Shown here one piece after another: positions 25,712-36,201 of a stretch of 64,000 bases of DNA. This stretch comes from Tetramitus jugosus. Lineage: Eukaryota > Protista > Heterolobosea. How positions within the stretch are numbered: position 1 is the first letter of the stretch; each line of letters starts with the position of its first letter. Where the stretch lies: the NCBI GenBank assembly GCA_937625935.1, contig OW569344.1, positions 620,001-684,000 of the forward strand, written 5' to 3'. Position numbers and translations under genes: made by a program. Below the pieces are notes generated by a model, which had not been told where the DNA came from, did no database searches, and worked only from the letters and a program-made list of their open reading frames with translations.

Positions 25712-28700
25712 ATGGTGTCACCATCATCCACAACACCAATCACATCTTCATTATCCATGCTACGACTCTCCTTCCTCCTCTTTTTTTTATTATTATCAAG
25801 TCACCTCATCACATGTGCAACCACTACAACAACAACAACAACAACAACCAAAAACAACAACAACAACAGTCCTAGTCATAATTTATCATCATTTCATTGG
25901 CCATTGATCAACCATGATTCACTCAACAATAGACAAACAAGTCATGCATTCCCAGAGAACAAACCTATTGCCCTACCTGAAATTTCATCATCATCACCGT
26001 TTTCTCTCTATCATCATGGATGTGTCAAATCAATCACAAGTGTATCCACTACCACACCACCAAAAAGTATCGTTATTGATGAATGGAATCACTTGTACAC
26101 GTTTCAATTGATTGATTCACAGAGTGTTTTCATCATTTCATTGTTTGAAGATGGTAGTGTTCGATGGTTCAAGCGATTGACTCTTCCTAGTGCATGGGTC
26201 AATCATATAGACGATGAAAAGGAGATTGTTTCAATGGAAACTTGTCAATTGTCATTGATTCGAGCGTATGATGAAGCAGGACAAGCAAAGAGTGCGTTAT
26301 TAACGTTTTCTACGGTGGATTCCATTTTGTTTTTGAGTACGAGTGATGGTCAAGTGGTTCAGACGTTGAAATTGGATTATCCGAGCTTTGCATCCGAGTG
26401 TAGGAACAAGACTGGACATTCCATGGTATCAGAGGTCATACAGACAACGATAACAATGATGCCAAATATGATGGTATCAAGTGAGGATATTCTTATGAAG
26501 AATAAGAAGAGGATGGGCAATGGTGGTGATCAAAGTGAAAAAGAAGAAGAAGAGATTGAAGATGATGATGATGATGATGATGCGACAACAAAGATACAAA
26601 CGGCATTGACGATTGAGTGCAGTACGAAATTAGCTCTGTTGCAGCCGTTTTCAAAAACGAATAGTTTTCGATTTCGGTGGCAAAGGTTTGAGACGGATGC
26701 CAGTTTTTATTATTCGCCTCATTTGGCATTGACGAGCAAGTTTTTATATGCAATGGCGTACTATTATCACGAGAGTACCACCAGTAGCACTGATCAACTG
26801 TTGTCTTATTTGATTGCAGTGGATATATCCCATTCAGGAGCAGATCCGGAGGTGATTGCATGGCGGTTCGATGCAAATATTCATAATGAAACTGTGCAGA
26901 TGGACGAATTGTTTTCGAATCCTGTGGTTACGAACGACGAGAAACAAGTGTATGTCGGATTGTTAAAGTCTGGTCAAATTGTATCACTGGATGCTCAGTC
27001 TGGTGATGTGTTGTGGATAACTAGTATAAGCGATCATTTGAAGAAGTGTGATCCACTGTCGAGTGGCGCCATTTTGCATAGAGATCTTGCTTTGTTTACA
27101 AATGCAACAGAGACGAGCACAGACTTGTTCATCTATGTTTCTTCGGTGTGTGGTGATGTAGTTGCCATTGATGGATACTCAGGTAATGTACGCTGGGCTC
27201 AAATTCAAACTCAACAATCGTCTTCTCAACTCTCAGATAGTTCATCTCTTATTGTCTCCAAGCAGGGAAATCTCATATTGCCATACTTTACAACCAAGCA
27301 GGGAATCTCTGAATGGGTTGTGACCAATATGGATGCAACAACAGGAAATACTGTGTGGACAAAGAGTATCAAAACATTGGATTCACTGAAAAAGAATAGT
27401 CGCGCTTTTCTGTCAGATAACATAGGACCTATTTCTGTCTCGTCTCATGGTACCTTGTACTATCAAATCTCATCTAGAGGCAACTCCATACAGCGATTGG
27501 GACAAGTTATGATTAAAACTTTGTCGCCATCGAGCATCTACTTTGCAGAGATTGATAACAGTGATAGGCCAGTGAATATTACCGTTACATTTGAACAGCC
27601 AAACTCTACCCTGTTGAACGTGTACAATGACGGTCACTCAGTCTCTTGCTTTGTAATTGTTCCCTTGTTGTCCCCTATCGATGAGGTTCAATTCCCTGGA
27701 TACATTGTTGATGGAATAGCCCACTGTCTCATCAGCAACCTGACTTCATACTTTAAGTTCGTTACGCCGTTTAAGAGTGCTGCTACAATTGTTGTGATGG
27801 TGCAAGTTGGACAATATCGAACAAACAGTCTCCCAGTGTTGGTATACAACAGTCCCAGACTAGATAGCGCAATGCCAAAGTATGCTCCCGTCCGTTCTGC
27901 ACAACCCATTTGGGTCTATGGCCAGTTTAATGCATCGCTCAAGGATCAGACGATTATCTGCTCGTACACTGATCAAACTTCGCTGGCAGAATATTTGGTG
28001 AACGGTCGAATCATTGATGAAGGGAGGGCTCTTTGTCCTATTGCATGTGACTATCCCCAACGTACGCGGTATTCACTCAAGGTCTGTGTTCCAGTTCCGA
28101 ATCAATCAGCCCCCAAGGGAAGCAAATTAACTCCATGCAGCTACTTCTTTAGAGTGAGCAATTATACATTGCTCATCTATGATCCTCCAGTTTTTGATTC
28201 GGCAAATGGTACTTTGAGTCCTGTGAGTCAATCATCAACGCGCACACTCGTCATGACTGGCCGAGGATTTGAACCAGAGGTCATGAATGATAAGTCAACG
28301 AAAATGTCTTGCCTGTTTGAGACCTGTGTATCTACGGGACCAATCAGAACTGAGGCTGCTTGCTCATCCTTCAACTCGAAACAAATCCAAACAAAGGAAC
28401 AACAGGTCAAATGCATATGTGACTATCCAACGTACTGCACTCTGAACTCGCATGACGTTTACAAAAAGATTCCTATATTATTTAGTGAATCCTACCTAAA
28501 TTTGGGTGTGGGAGACATTGGTGGAGTATTCAATACAACCAACCAAGATGTTATCATTTATAGGGAACCTCGCGTCTCATCCATGGAACCAAAATCAAGC
28601 AACTACTCTGGTGGTCACCTATGTACTGTACATGGTTCTGAATTCTTCCCATCTCCTTCCTTGGCCTGCCGATTTGGCAATGAAATTGTACCTGCCAAGT

Positions 28701-29140
28701 ACATTAACCCTAAGTTGATTACATGTGTCATTCCACCATTGCATGGTGATATCTACCTGCCATTCCCTTTCAGAGATGTAATCACAGTCAGTTTGACAGT
28801 GTCAGAAAATGGCAAAGACTTTGCATTCCCTGGTCTATCATTCCAATACTTTGTCGAGACGGATTGTCCATTGAATTGTGCACCTCATGGATTCTGCAAC
28901 AGAATACTCGGCATCTGCAGTTGCTACAAGGGCTGGACGGGCGATACGTGCAACATTTCTGAACAATACTCGCGCACCAGCCGTATCATTTGGATCGTAG
29001 CAGTGTGCGTCACTCTGTTGAGTGTTGCCGTGTTCGCATTGGTCATGCTGATCAGTGGAATGCACTACAGGCATCAAGGCAAGCAATACCAGCGTCTCGT
29101 TCAAGAACGAATGCACAATGACATTTCCACTGCACTCTAA
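25712..29140 (+). CDS. Type I membrane protein: PQQ-like beta-propeller, IPT/TIG repeats, EGF-like domain, TM helix
   Basis: LDAQSGDVLW and IDGYSGNVRW repeats, P.VSSMEP....GG...VHGS.F...CRFG TIG motif, C..HGFC....C.C..GWTGDTC EGF motif, hydrophobic TM. Confidence 0.8.
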   Translation: MVSPSSTTPITSSLSMLRLSFLLFFLLLSSHLITCATTTTTTTTTTKNNNNNSPSHNLSSFHWPLINHDSLNNRQTSHAFPENKPIALPEISSSSPFSLYHHGCVKSITSVSTTTPPKSIVIDEWNHLYTFQLIDSQSVFIISLFEDGSVRWFKRLTLPSAWVNHIDDEKEIVSMETCQLSLIRAYDEAGQAKSALLTFSTVDSILFLSTSDGQVVQTLKLDYPSFASECRNKTGHSMVSEVIQTTITMMPNMMVSSEDILMKNKKRMGNGGDQSEKEEEEIEDDDDDDDATTKIQTALTIECSTKLALLQPFSKTNSFRFRWQRFETDASFYYSPHLALTSKFLYAMAYYYHESTTSSTDQLLSYLIAVDISHSGADPEVIAWRFDANIHNETVQMDELFSNPVVTNDEKQVYVGLLKSGQIVSLDAQSGDVLWITSISDHLKKCDPLSSGAILHRDLALFTNATETSTDLFIYVSSVCGDVVAIDGYSGNVRWAQIQTQQSSSQLSDSSSLIVSKQGNLILPYFTTKQGISEWVVTNMDATTGNTVWTKSIKTLDSLKKNSRAFLSDNIGPISVSSHGTLYYQISSRGNSIQRLGQVMIKTLSPSSIYFAEIDNSDRPVNITVTFEQPNSTLLNVYNDGHSVSCFVIVPLLSPIDEVQFPGYIVDGIAHCLISNLTSYFKFVTPFKSAATIVVMVQVGQYRTNSLPVLVYNSPRLDSAMPKYAPVRSAQPIWVYGQFNASLKDQTIICSYTDQTSLAEYLVNGRIIDEGRALCPIACDYPQRTRYSLKVCVPVPNQSAPKGSKLTPCSYFFRVSNYTLLIYDPPVFDSANGTLSPVSQSSTRTLVMTGRGFEPEVMNDKSTKMSCLFETCVSTGPIRTEAACSSFNSKQIQTKEQQVKCICDYPTYCTLNSHDVYKKIPILFSESYLNLGVGDIGGVFNTTNQDVIIYREPRVSSMEPKSSNYSGGHLCTVHGSEFFPSPSLACRFGNEIVPAKYINPKLITCVIPPLHGDIYLPFPFRDVITVSLTVSENGKDFAFPGLSFQYFVETDCPLNCAPHGFCNRILGICSCYKGWTGDTCNISEQYSRTSRIIWIVAVCVTLLSVAVFALVMLISGMHYRHQGKQYQRLVQERMHNDISTAL

Positions 29141-29228
29141 TAAAACAACTCATGCACCGATAGATAACGATTGCTACTTTATTAAGGTCTATATTTTGTT
29201 TCGTTGTGTGACACTGAACTGTTCTCTC

Positions 29229-29987
29229 TTATTCGACTGCAACTACACGTTGTTCCACTCCATTCTGTTCATTGACTGACTCACTCAATTCAATGTCATC
29301 AATTCTCACAACAGAAACCAATTGACGATGTCCTCTGGTTCTTCTATAACCCTTCCTTCTCTTCTTCTTGAACACAATGACATGAGCCGCTCTCTTTTGT
29401 TCACACACTGTTCCAGTCACAAATGTTTGTGGAATGATGGGACGACCGACTGCTGTGAAATCAGAGCCTCCGACCAACAAAACCTTTTGGAACTTGACTT
29501 GAGTGTCGACATTGACTGGAATTTTATCAATTGCAATCATGTCACCTGGTGCGACTCTGTATTGCTTTCCACCTGTTTGAATCACTGCAAACAACTGTGG
29601 TCTTTCAAATTGTTTTTGTTGAACCATCATCATTTGTTGTTTTGATCGATTTAATATTGTGGTGGTGTCTTCTGAAGATTCTTCGAATGATGATGATTCT
29701 TCAAATTCTGCTTCAATCAATTCAACAACAGTCTCTTCTGGTGCTTCTGCTTCTTCTTCTAGGTGAGATTCTTCACCACCAATAACAGTAGTATTGTGAT
29801 TGTTGATATTGTTTTTGTATAGTGTGCGATTGATGGATATTGATCGTATGGCCGAAAAGTGATTGTTCAGTTGGAATGGTGTGGTTGATGATGAAAACAC
29901 GTGTGATGGTTGTTGGAGGAATCGCAAATGGGTGTGGTTGTGAGTGCAAGAGGTGCAAGCTCTGGTGATGGCGTTTCTAAACATCAT
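29229..29987 (-). CDS. MRPL21: Mitochondrial ribosomal protein bL21m
   Basis: Presequence plus FAVIQTGGKQY.V..GD and VFKKKRRKGY....GHRQ. Confidence 0.93.
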   Translation of the reverse strand: MMFRNAITRACTSCTHNHTHLRFLQQPSHVFSSSTTPFQLNNHFSAIRSISINRTLYKNNINNHNTTVIGGEESHLEEEAEAPEETVVELIEAEFEESSSFEESSEDTTTILNRSKQQMMMVQQKQFERPQLFAVIQTGGKQYRVAPGDMIAIDKIPVNVDTQVKFQKVLLVGGSDFTAVGRPIIPQTFVTGTVCEQKRAAHVIVFKKKRRKGYRRTRGHRQLVSVVRIDDIELSESVNEQNGVEQRVVAVE

Positions 29988-30140
29988 TTTTTTTCTTTCT
30001 TTGACGATTTGCTGCGAAAAAATGTTTTTTTGTGGTAAGACACTTTGTTTGTGAAAATGGGTGTCGGGAATGAAAACGTTTTTTCCGAACGCGGAGAAAA
30101 TTTGGGTTGAGTTGTGATTTTTGTCCGATGTGAGTTGTAT

Positions 30141-32354
30141 TCAATTGTCTTCATCGTCAGAGAGGAATTGGAACATGCCACCTCTCGACACTGGAATCTC
30201 GTCGCTAATGATGTTGCCAACAAGTTCTGGATGTGCTTTTTCAATTTCTACGAAAATGTCTTCGTTTGCGTGGTCGTAAAGCTTGTTGTACTTGATGACA
30301 CCCTTGGCATAGTCCTTGATATAGATTCCTCCCTGCATTCCACCATAAATTTTGTTTTGTGACAAAATAGGGCATGAATATCCACCAATCTTAACATTGG
30401 AGAACTTGTTTCTGAAAATGTCATTGCTTTCAAGCAAGCCTTTACCAAACTCCTTGATGGCAACTCCACTCTGTGCTCCATCATAAATCTTGTTAAATCG
30501 CATGATTGGGTCAGAGCTGCCAAAAATACAGACATTTGGATGTTCGTTCTCAAAGATTTTGTTGGATTCAATGAGAGGCTTTGCTTGTTGTTTCAACCAA
30601 ATACCACATCGTTTGCTACGATAAATGTGGTTGCTCGTCAATGTTGGTTTAGCTTTATCACCCACTTCGACATTTGACAATGAATGACCATAAATATGAT
30701 TATTGGATAGTTGAGGGCAGGCATTGTCGCGAATATAAACACCTTTTGCTATGGCTGTTGAGTCATCACAATAGATTTGATTTTCGTTAAGAATTGGATT
30801 CGAGTCCTCAGTTATCAGAACATTGTTCTGGTCGTTGTTATAAATAGCGTTATTTAGTAGTTGGGCACAGCATTTTCCTTTGATGTAAACACCACCCAAC
30901 TTGCCACCATAAATCTTATTGCGTCGGACAACGACTTCACTTGTCCCGTACACATACAGATTCGGAAAGTCGTTGTTATAAATGTTGTTTTCATCGATTA
31001 AACCTCCTCCACATTCTCGTACACAAACACCTGTTTGTTTGCTGTTATAAATATTGTTCTTTCGAATTGTTGGTTTCGCATTTCCGCTCACACAAACATT
31101 AGGGAGATGGTTTCCGTAAATTTCATTGTCTTCAACCAAACCTCGTGCATTCTCCTTGATCCACAGACCAGATTCAAGACCAGCAAAGATTTTGTTCTTC
31201 TTCAGAGTAGGAGAACTGTTTCCTCGCAAACATACTCCAGAATATTTATGCCCATAAATTTCACAATCCAACAGTAGTCCCTGGGCCATTTTGCGATAGT
31301 ACACTCCAGATTTACCACAGTCATATATCTTACAATTCTTGATTATAGGTTGAGCACCTCCGCTCACAATGATACCACAATCCAAGCTCTTTGATATATC
31401 ACAGTGTTCGATCGTGGATTGCACACTTCTTGTTCCATACACACCAACAAGAGAGGCTAGTTTGTGACTCGAAGAGGTAGTAGGGCGCTGGCACTTTGAG
31501 GTAATCACCAAATGAGAGACAATGACATGTTGTGCTCGAATGGTAAGCATTTGAGTCGATGGATTGGTTTGATGCAGCTCTACTCGGTCATACTCATCCC
31601 CATTCGAGTACGCTCTCAGAATAATTCCCTCCTTTTCAATCACAATAGGTGCCGTAAAAATTCCTTGATGCACAGTAATGGTATCAAAAGGCTGAGCGGC
31701 ATTCAATGCATCTTCGATCGAACTATAGACATCCTTTTGTGGCATTTGTTCATTCTGTGACGACCGGACAAAGAGTTGCTTCCCTTCGCGAGGCCTGTTC
31801 ACCACGGGTGCACCAGATGGAGAGACAAGAGAAGAATTGACAGGTTTTTCGATTCGTTGCTTCTTTGCCGGTGTTGATAGTGAACACTGGTTGACAAACA
31901 AGTTCCTGGTCAGAGATATCAATGGAGCTCTCTTGGCTGATGAGCTCAAATCGATAGTCTTTGCAGCAACAGAAGAGGTAGAAACTTCAGTAGTGGCAGC
32001 TGGAGGAGGAAACTGCAATGAGGTCCTCATGTTTTCATTTCTATTCTCCATATTGTCATCATGATCCTCATGTTCACCGTCATTCTCCATCATCATCATT
32101 GTAGATAACAAGTTTGTGGCAACAGACTTCCTGGCGACTTGTGGAGAAGCCATTCTCTTTCGTTTCTTGGGACGTTGTGGAGAAGTGGTGGTGGTGGTGG
32201 ACATACTTTTTGCATCATCAAAAAAGCTTTCAAAGAGTGAAGGAGCCCGTAAAGCTTTTGACGATGTCGCTGTTGTTGAAAGATCAACAGCAGATGGGTT
32301 AGTAAGGGCAGATTCAATGTCATTGAATCGATTCAGAAGATTGAACGGCTTCAT
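30141..32354 (-). CDS. Parallel beta-helix (PbH1/CASH) repeat protein, FBXO11-like repeats
   Basis: YSSIEDAL...DTI.V..G followed by regular 23-aa N.IY.....GV.I......P repeats. Start taken at MKPFNLL. Confidence 0.8.
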   Translation of the reverse strand: MKPFNLLNRFNDIESALTNPSAVDLSTTATSSKALRAPSLFESFFDDAKSMSTTTTTSPQRPKKRKRMASPQVARKSVATNLLSTMMMMENDGEHEDHDDNMENRNENMRTSLQFPPPAATTEVSTSSVAAKTIDLSSSAKRAPLISLTRNLFVNQCSLSTPAKKQRIEKPVNSSLVSPSGAPVVNRPREGKQLFVRSSQNEQMPQKDVYSSIEDALNAAQPFDTITVHQGIFTAPIVIEKEGIILRAYSNGDEYDRVELHQTNPSTQMLTIRAQHVIVSHLVITSKCQRPTTSSSHKLASLVGVYGTRSVQSTIEHCDISKSLDCGIIVSGGAQPIIKNCKIYDCGKSGVYYRKMAQGLLLDCEIYGHKYSGVCLRGNSSPTLKKNKIFAGLESGLWIKENARGLVEDNEIYGNHLPNVCVSGNAKPTIRKNNIYNSKQTGVCVRECGGGLIDENNIYNNDFPNLYVYGTSEVVVRRNKIYGGKLGGVYIKGKCCAQLLNNAIYNNDQNNVLITEDSNPILNENQIYCDDSTAIAKGVYIRDNACPQLSNNHIYGHSLSNVEVGDKAKPTLTSNHIYRSKRCGIWLKQQAKPLIESNKIFENEHPNVCIFGSSDPIMRFNKIYDGAQSGVAIKEFGKGLLESNDIFRNKFSNVKIGGYSCPILSQNKIYGGMQGGIYIKDYAKGVIKYNKLYDHANEDIFVEIEKAHPELVGNIISDEIPVSRGGMFQFLSDDEDN

Positions 32355-32614
32355 CTTATCAATGAGTAGTATGTGTTTGTTTTTCGGTATGTGTTTGCTT
32401 TGATCACCCCTTTTTATTTCGGATGTGTTGTTGAGCTGTCTGATAATTGTGTGTCCGACTTCAAAAAGCGGGGAACAAAGTACACAAGGAAAAACGGTTT
32501 TGTAGAAGGCGCGAAAAAAATGGATCGGAGTCTCAAAACGCTTATCTACAAGGGGAAGTGATGTTATCAGAGGTGTATGAAGGATTGGTAGTGAATGCAC
32601 ATAATTCCTTGGGA

Positions 32615-34777
32615 ATGAGTTCTAATAATGTGGACGATTCCATTACTACGATTGCTTCCACTAGCCATAACAATGGTGCCTTCATGCCTCATGGCAATCG
32701 ACCCAGGTCAGCTGGTGCAGCTATTGGACAAAGAACAGGAGTAGGAGCTCCATCAAGACGGCCATCTTCTCGAATGAAGTTTTCAGAATTAAACTCTGGA
32801 AGTAGATACGCCCATAATCAGTTGTCTGGAATATCGAATGCAGGTCTATCTCAACTGAGGCCCAGCAGTGCCAGTTTAAACATGAAGCATGGCACTTCAA
32901 ATGGTGGGACAACGCTAATGAGTCGAAGATCACCCACATTGCTTTATTACTCAGGAACTGGTGGTGATTCTAACAAAGCTACTCATTCATTGGCCTACGA
33001 CCGGAGACAATCGATAGTACTGGAAGGCGATTATTCGAATGCTCCCAAAGCCAACGTTGGAGCAAAAGTCACAGGAAATTCTCTTTATGATGATTGCAAT
33101 GAAAGGAAAGAAGCGAATACAGATTTCAAATATGTTAAAACGGAAGAAAACGAAAATTCAGAATCGAAGTCTATTGAAACAAAGGGAGGTAATGATGAAG
33201 AAACGAATGAGTTGGAGAGCTTGAAGAGCTCTGACGAGATCGTCATTCATGTTTTTGACGAATCGAATGGAATCAATAAGGATTTTAAATGTCCAAGGGA
33301 ACGCTTGCTGAGAGAAATGAAATACTTTCGAGCTTATTTGGTAGATTCTTGCTCCTCTGAGGATATCGATATCAGTGTCCATTGTGATGTAAACATTTTT
33401 CAATGGTTGATGGACTACATTGCAGATTCCAGTGTTGAACGAAGAATTGACACCCTTTGGGCAATATCTATCCTAATATCGTCCTATTTTTTAGAGATGG
33501 AGAGATTAGTAGAGCTGTGTTTAACTTTTGTACATGACCATATTCAAGATATAATTAAGTTACCTATTGAGTTGGATTGTTTAAACGACGACCTCGTTGA
33601 GAAGATTGCAGAAACGTTCACGATCGAAGAGTTAGAGAGTGTAAAAGACAGAAGAGATAAGATTGTTGGGAGACTGTATTCGAAGAAACTTGAGGAGATT
33701 CTGCGAGTAGAGGACAACTATCTACACAGATGTGTTCATTGTGGAAAGATGTTTACAAAATCTCAACAATATTGGTCACCATGTCATAAAGCCAAAGTTC
33801 ACTTCAATTATTATGGAGAGGCCATATGTTTGCACGAGGTTGACAAAAAGTGGAACATTCACAGCCATCTAATTCATCTCCGACAAACAATGACTTGGAG
33901 AGATATCTTCTGGAAAGTCTGGGGAATGGTACATTCATTCTACTGCGTTTCATGCAAGAGTAATTTCATTGTTTCGGAGCTTGAGCATTGCTCGTATCAC
34001 AAGTCATTTCCAGTGTTTGAGAGTAACGAAAATGTTGGTTATTATCCCTGTTGTAACAGTAAGGCTCTTAAATTTGACACAAGTGGTTCCGTTGTTACGA
34101 GGGGTTGCTGCAGTCGGATGCATATTGTTTCAGATTCTAGTTCTAGTTCGAGCGTATACCAGACTGTTTTGAAGAAGCAAAATGAAATCTTAGTTCCTTT
34201 CCATCGTTTGGCAGAGAACGGAACGAAGGAAAATATTTTATATTCTCATGGAATTGATCAAAATTTATTGGATGAAGTAAGTAACATTCTTCAACTTTGA
34301 GGTACAAACTCACAAACTTAATAATGCTCGTAGATTCTTGATTTAGATGAAGACGAGGATAGTGATGATTCTATACAGCTCGATCTGTTCCCAACGTGCA
34401 AGAAATATGTAAGTATGTTCATCTCAGTACCTGATTTCTGTCAACACTAACACCATATCCACCAGAGTATATTTGATAGTGGTGCAATGTTAAGCACGAA
34501 TCCTTCCTCAAGTCTTTCAGAGCTATCTGAAACGATAAAGAAACAATCTATAGCAAAGAAACGGTACAGCAATATGGATTCTCAGAGGATCGAGGATAGA
34601 AAACAGTTATATGAAATAACAACACTCTTGGCAAAGAAAAGAGTGGATGGAGATCGGCATAAACGTTTTGAGAAGATGAAGAAGGCTCAGAGGAAAAAGA
34701 ACATCGCCAAAACACCTGTAGGTGATCCTACATCGAATAAGAAAACAGTCACGGTAAAGAGAAGATCATTTCGGTGA
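32615..34777 (+). CDS. SANBR/KIAA1841-like BTB protein (DUF3342), with 3' introns
   Basis: IVIHVFDE....KDFKCPR..L..EMKYF...IDISVHCD..IF.WLM.Y; SILISS.FL.M..LV; C-terminal CxxC/His motifs. Confidence 0.85.
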
Positions 34778-34831
34778 ACAAAGTGTTGGTTCTGCATTGG
34801 TTTTGTTCATTGTTAACAACTCTCACGAATG

Positions 34832-35560
34832 TTAATCGACAAACGTTTTATACAACTTGGGAACATGTTCGTCATACGCAGCTTGAAAGCTATCCATCGC
34901 AATTGGTACTCCCAAGTTGTACTTTTCAGAAAACTTTTGTACATTGAATTTTGCTCTTCCTTTTGACTGATTGCTATTCAGTCTAAACAACGAACAATTC
35001 ACTCCAGTTGTATGAGGTGTCGATGGTTCGACTTGCAACTTGTGATCATGTGCAAACACACAGAAAATGTATCGATGTAAACCCGTGTCTTTGGGAGGTC
35101 CTGCCCCAACATACCCGACCACTTCATCACCTTTTGATGCATTTCCCTCACCATCTTTGTTAGGAATGTTTATGACGAGCCAGTGGAGCCACTGTGCATT
35201 GATTGGATTGCTTCTGGAGGGTGCATCTGGATCCACCATGCACATGGTAAAATACTTTGCAGTCTTGTTCTGTGTATGAATGAGAAACTTCGGTTTGTGC
35301 TGGACTTGAGTTGGAGTCAGAACCATGTTATTGCTGGCCGTAAGGTATGCAGGATCATTGTATTCAATCGTGAAATTTGTCATGAAGGAGTCACCTCTAT
35401 AATCGGGGAAAAGATCAGTGTAATTGGCAGGTTGATATTTGCCCAAGTGAGTGGAATGTCCAGCAGTGAGGACAAAAGGGAGAGTGAACAACGAACTTTG
35501 GTTGATCAATCTCCTTGTCGTTGGTCGGACGGTACATTGGTTGGCGAGTTGTCTTATCAT
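34832..35560 (-). CDS. Phosphatidylethanolamine-binding protein (PEBP/RKIP family)
   Basis: MVDPDAPSR, WLHWLV.NIP, YVGAGPP..TGLHRY. Confidence 0.92.
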   Translation of the reverse strand: MIRQLANQCTVRPTTRRLINQSSLFTLPFVLTAGHSTHLGKYQPANYTDLFPDYRGDSFMTNFTIEYNDPAYLTASNNMVLTPTQVQHKPKFLIHTQNKTAKYFTMCMVDPDAPSRSNPINAQWLHWLVINIPNKDGEGNASKGDEVVGYVGAGPPKDTGLHRYIFCVFAHDHKLQVEPSTPHTTGVNCSLFRLNSNQSKGRAKFNVQKFSEKYNLGVPIAMDSFQAAYDEHVPKLYKTFVD

Positions 35561-35705
35561 CTTCTCTTGCTCTCAATACACAATGATGGATCAAACTTTG
35601 TTCATGAATGTGGTTTTCTGTTTTTATTGGGGTTGCTTTTGTTCTGTCGTAGAACTAATTTTAGTAGCTACGCATTTGCATACCCACAAGATCTTTTACA
35701 ATGGT

Positions 35706-35975
35706 TTACAACGGGTGGTGTTTTTGATCGTAGAAAATTTTTTTCTCGTTCATACCAATCTCATCTGGATCCACGAGGTTGGTTCCAACGTGTTTCTTCT
35801 TGGCTGCCAAGTCTTGTTGCGTGTAAGTGAATTCTTCTGGATGATTGGGATGAGGAATGTGGGTGTCTTTCTTGTTGAGTGCTCTGTCCGAGTTGTCCTT
35901 GTTCAGTCTGCCTGCCAATCCATAGTCCTTGTCATTTCTGAGCAGTCTTTTGGCATCTTTTCTATCCATATCCAT
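35706..35975 (-). CDS. Small hydrophilic hypothetical protein
   Basis: 89-aa ATG ORF with AC-rich leader and host-like codon use. Confidence 0.5.
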   Translation of the reverse strand: MDMDRKDAKRLLRNDKDYGLAGRLNKDNSDRALNKKDTHIPHPNHPEEFTYTQQDLAAKKKHVGTNLVDPDEIGMNEKKIFYDQKHHPL

Positions 35976-36201
35976 CTTGTTTGATTATTTGTCTTGTGGT
36001 GGTTTTTACAGTAGGTGTGGTGTTTTCGTTTTCTAGCAAATACTTTGTATTTTACTACTATCCGATAATTTACTCTGATCAGATTCAAAACTGCAACTGA
36101 TCTCATCTCATTAAAGATAAATAAAGATTATCTGGCAGAATCATAGATTCAATCGCACATGAACGATCACACTGGCAAAAACAGTAGGTGTGGTGTTTGC
36201 C

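Noticed and set aside
25820-25870. (AAC)n, (GAT)n and similar trinucleotide runs across the window
   Set aside because: Ordinary microsatellites encoding poly-T/N/Q/D tracts or forming UTRs, common throughout this sequence.
35183-35984. Numerous antisense and overlapping ORFs of 60-215 aa in the track, such as these
   Set aside because: Shadow ORFs opposite genuine genes, with no motifs.
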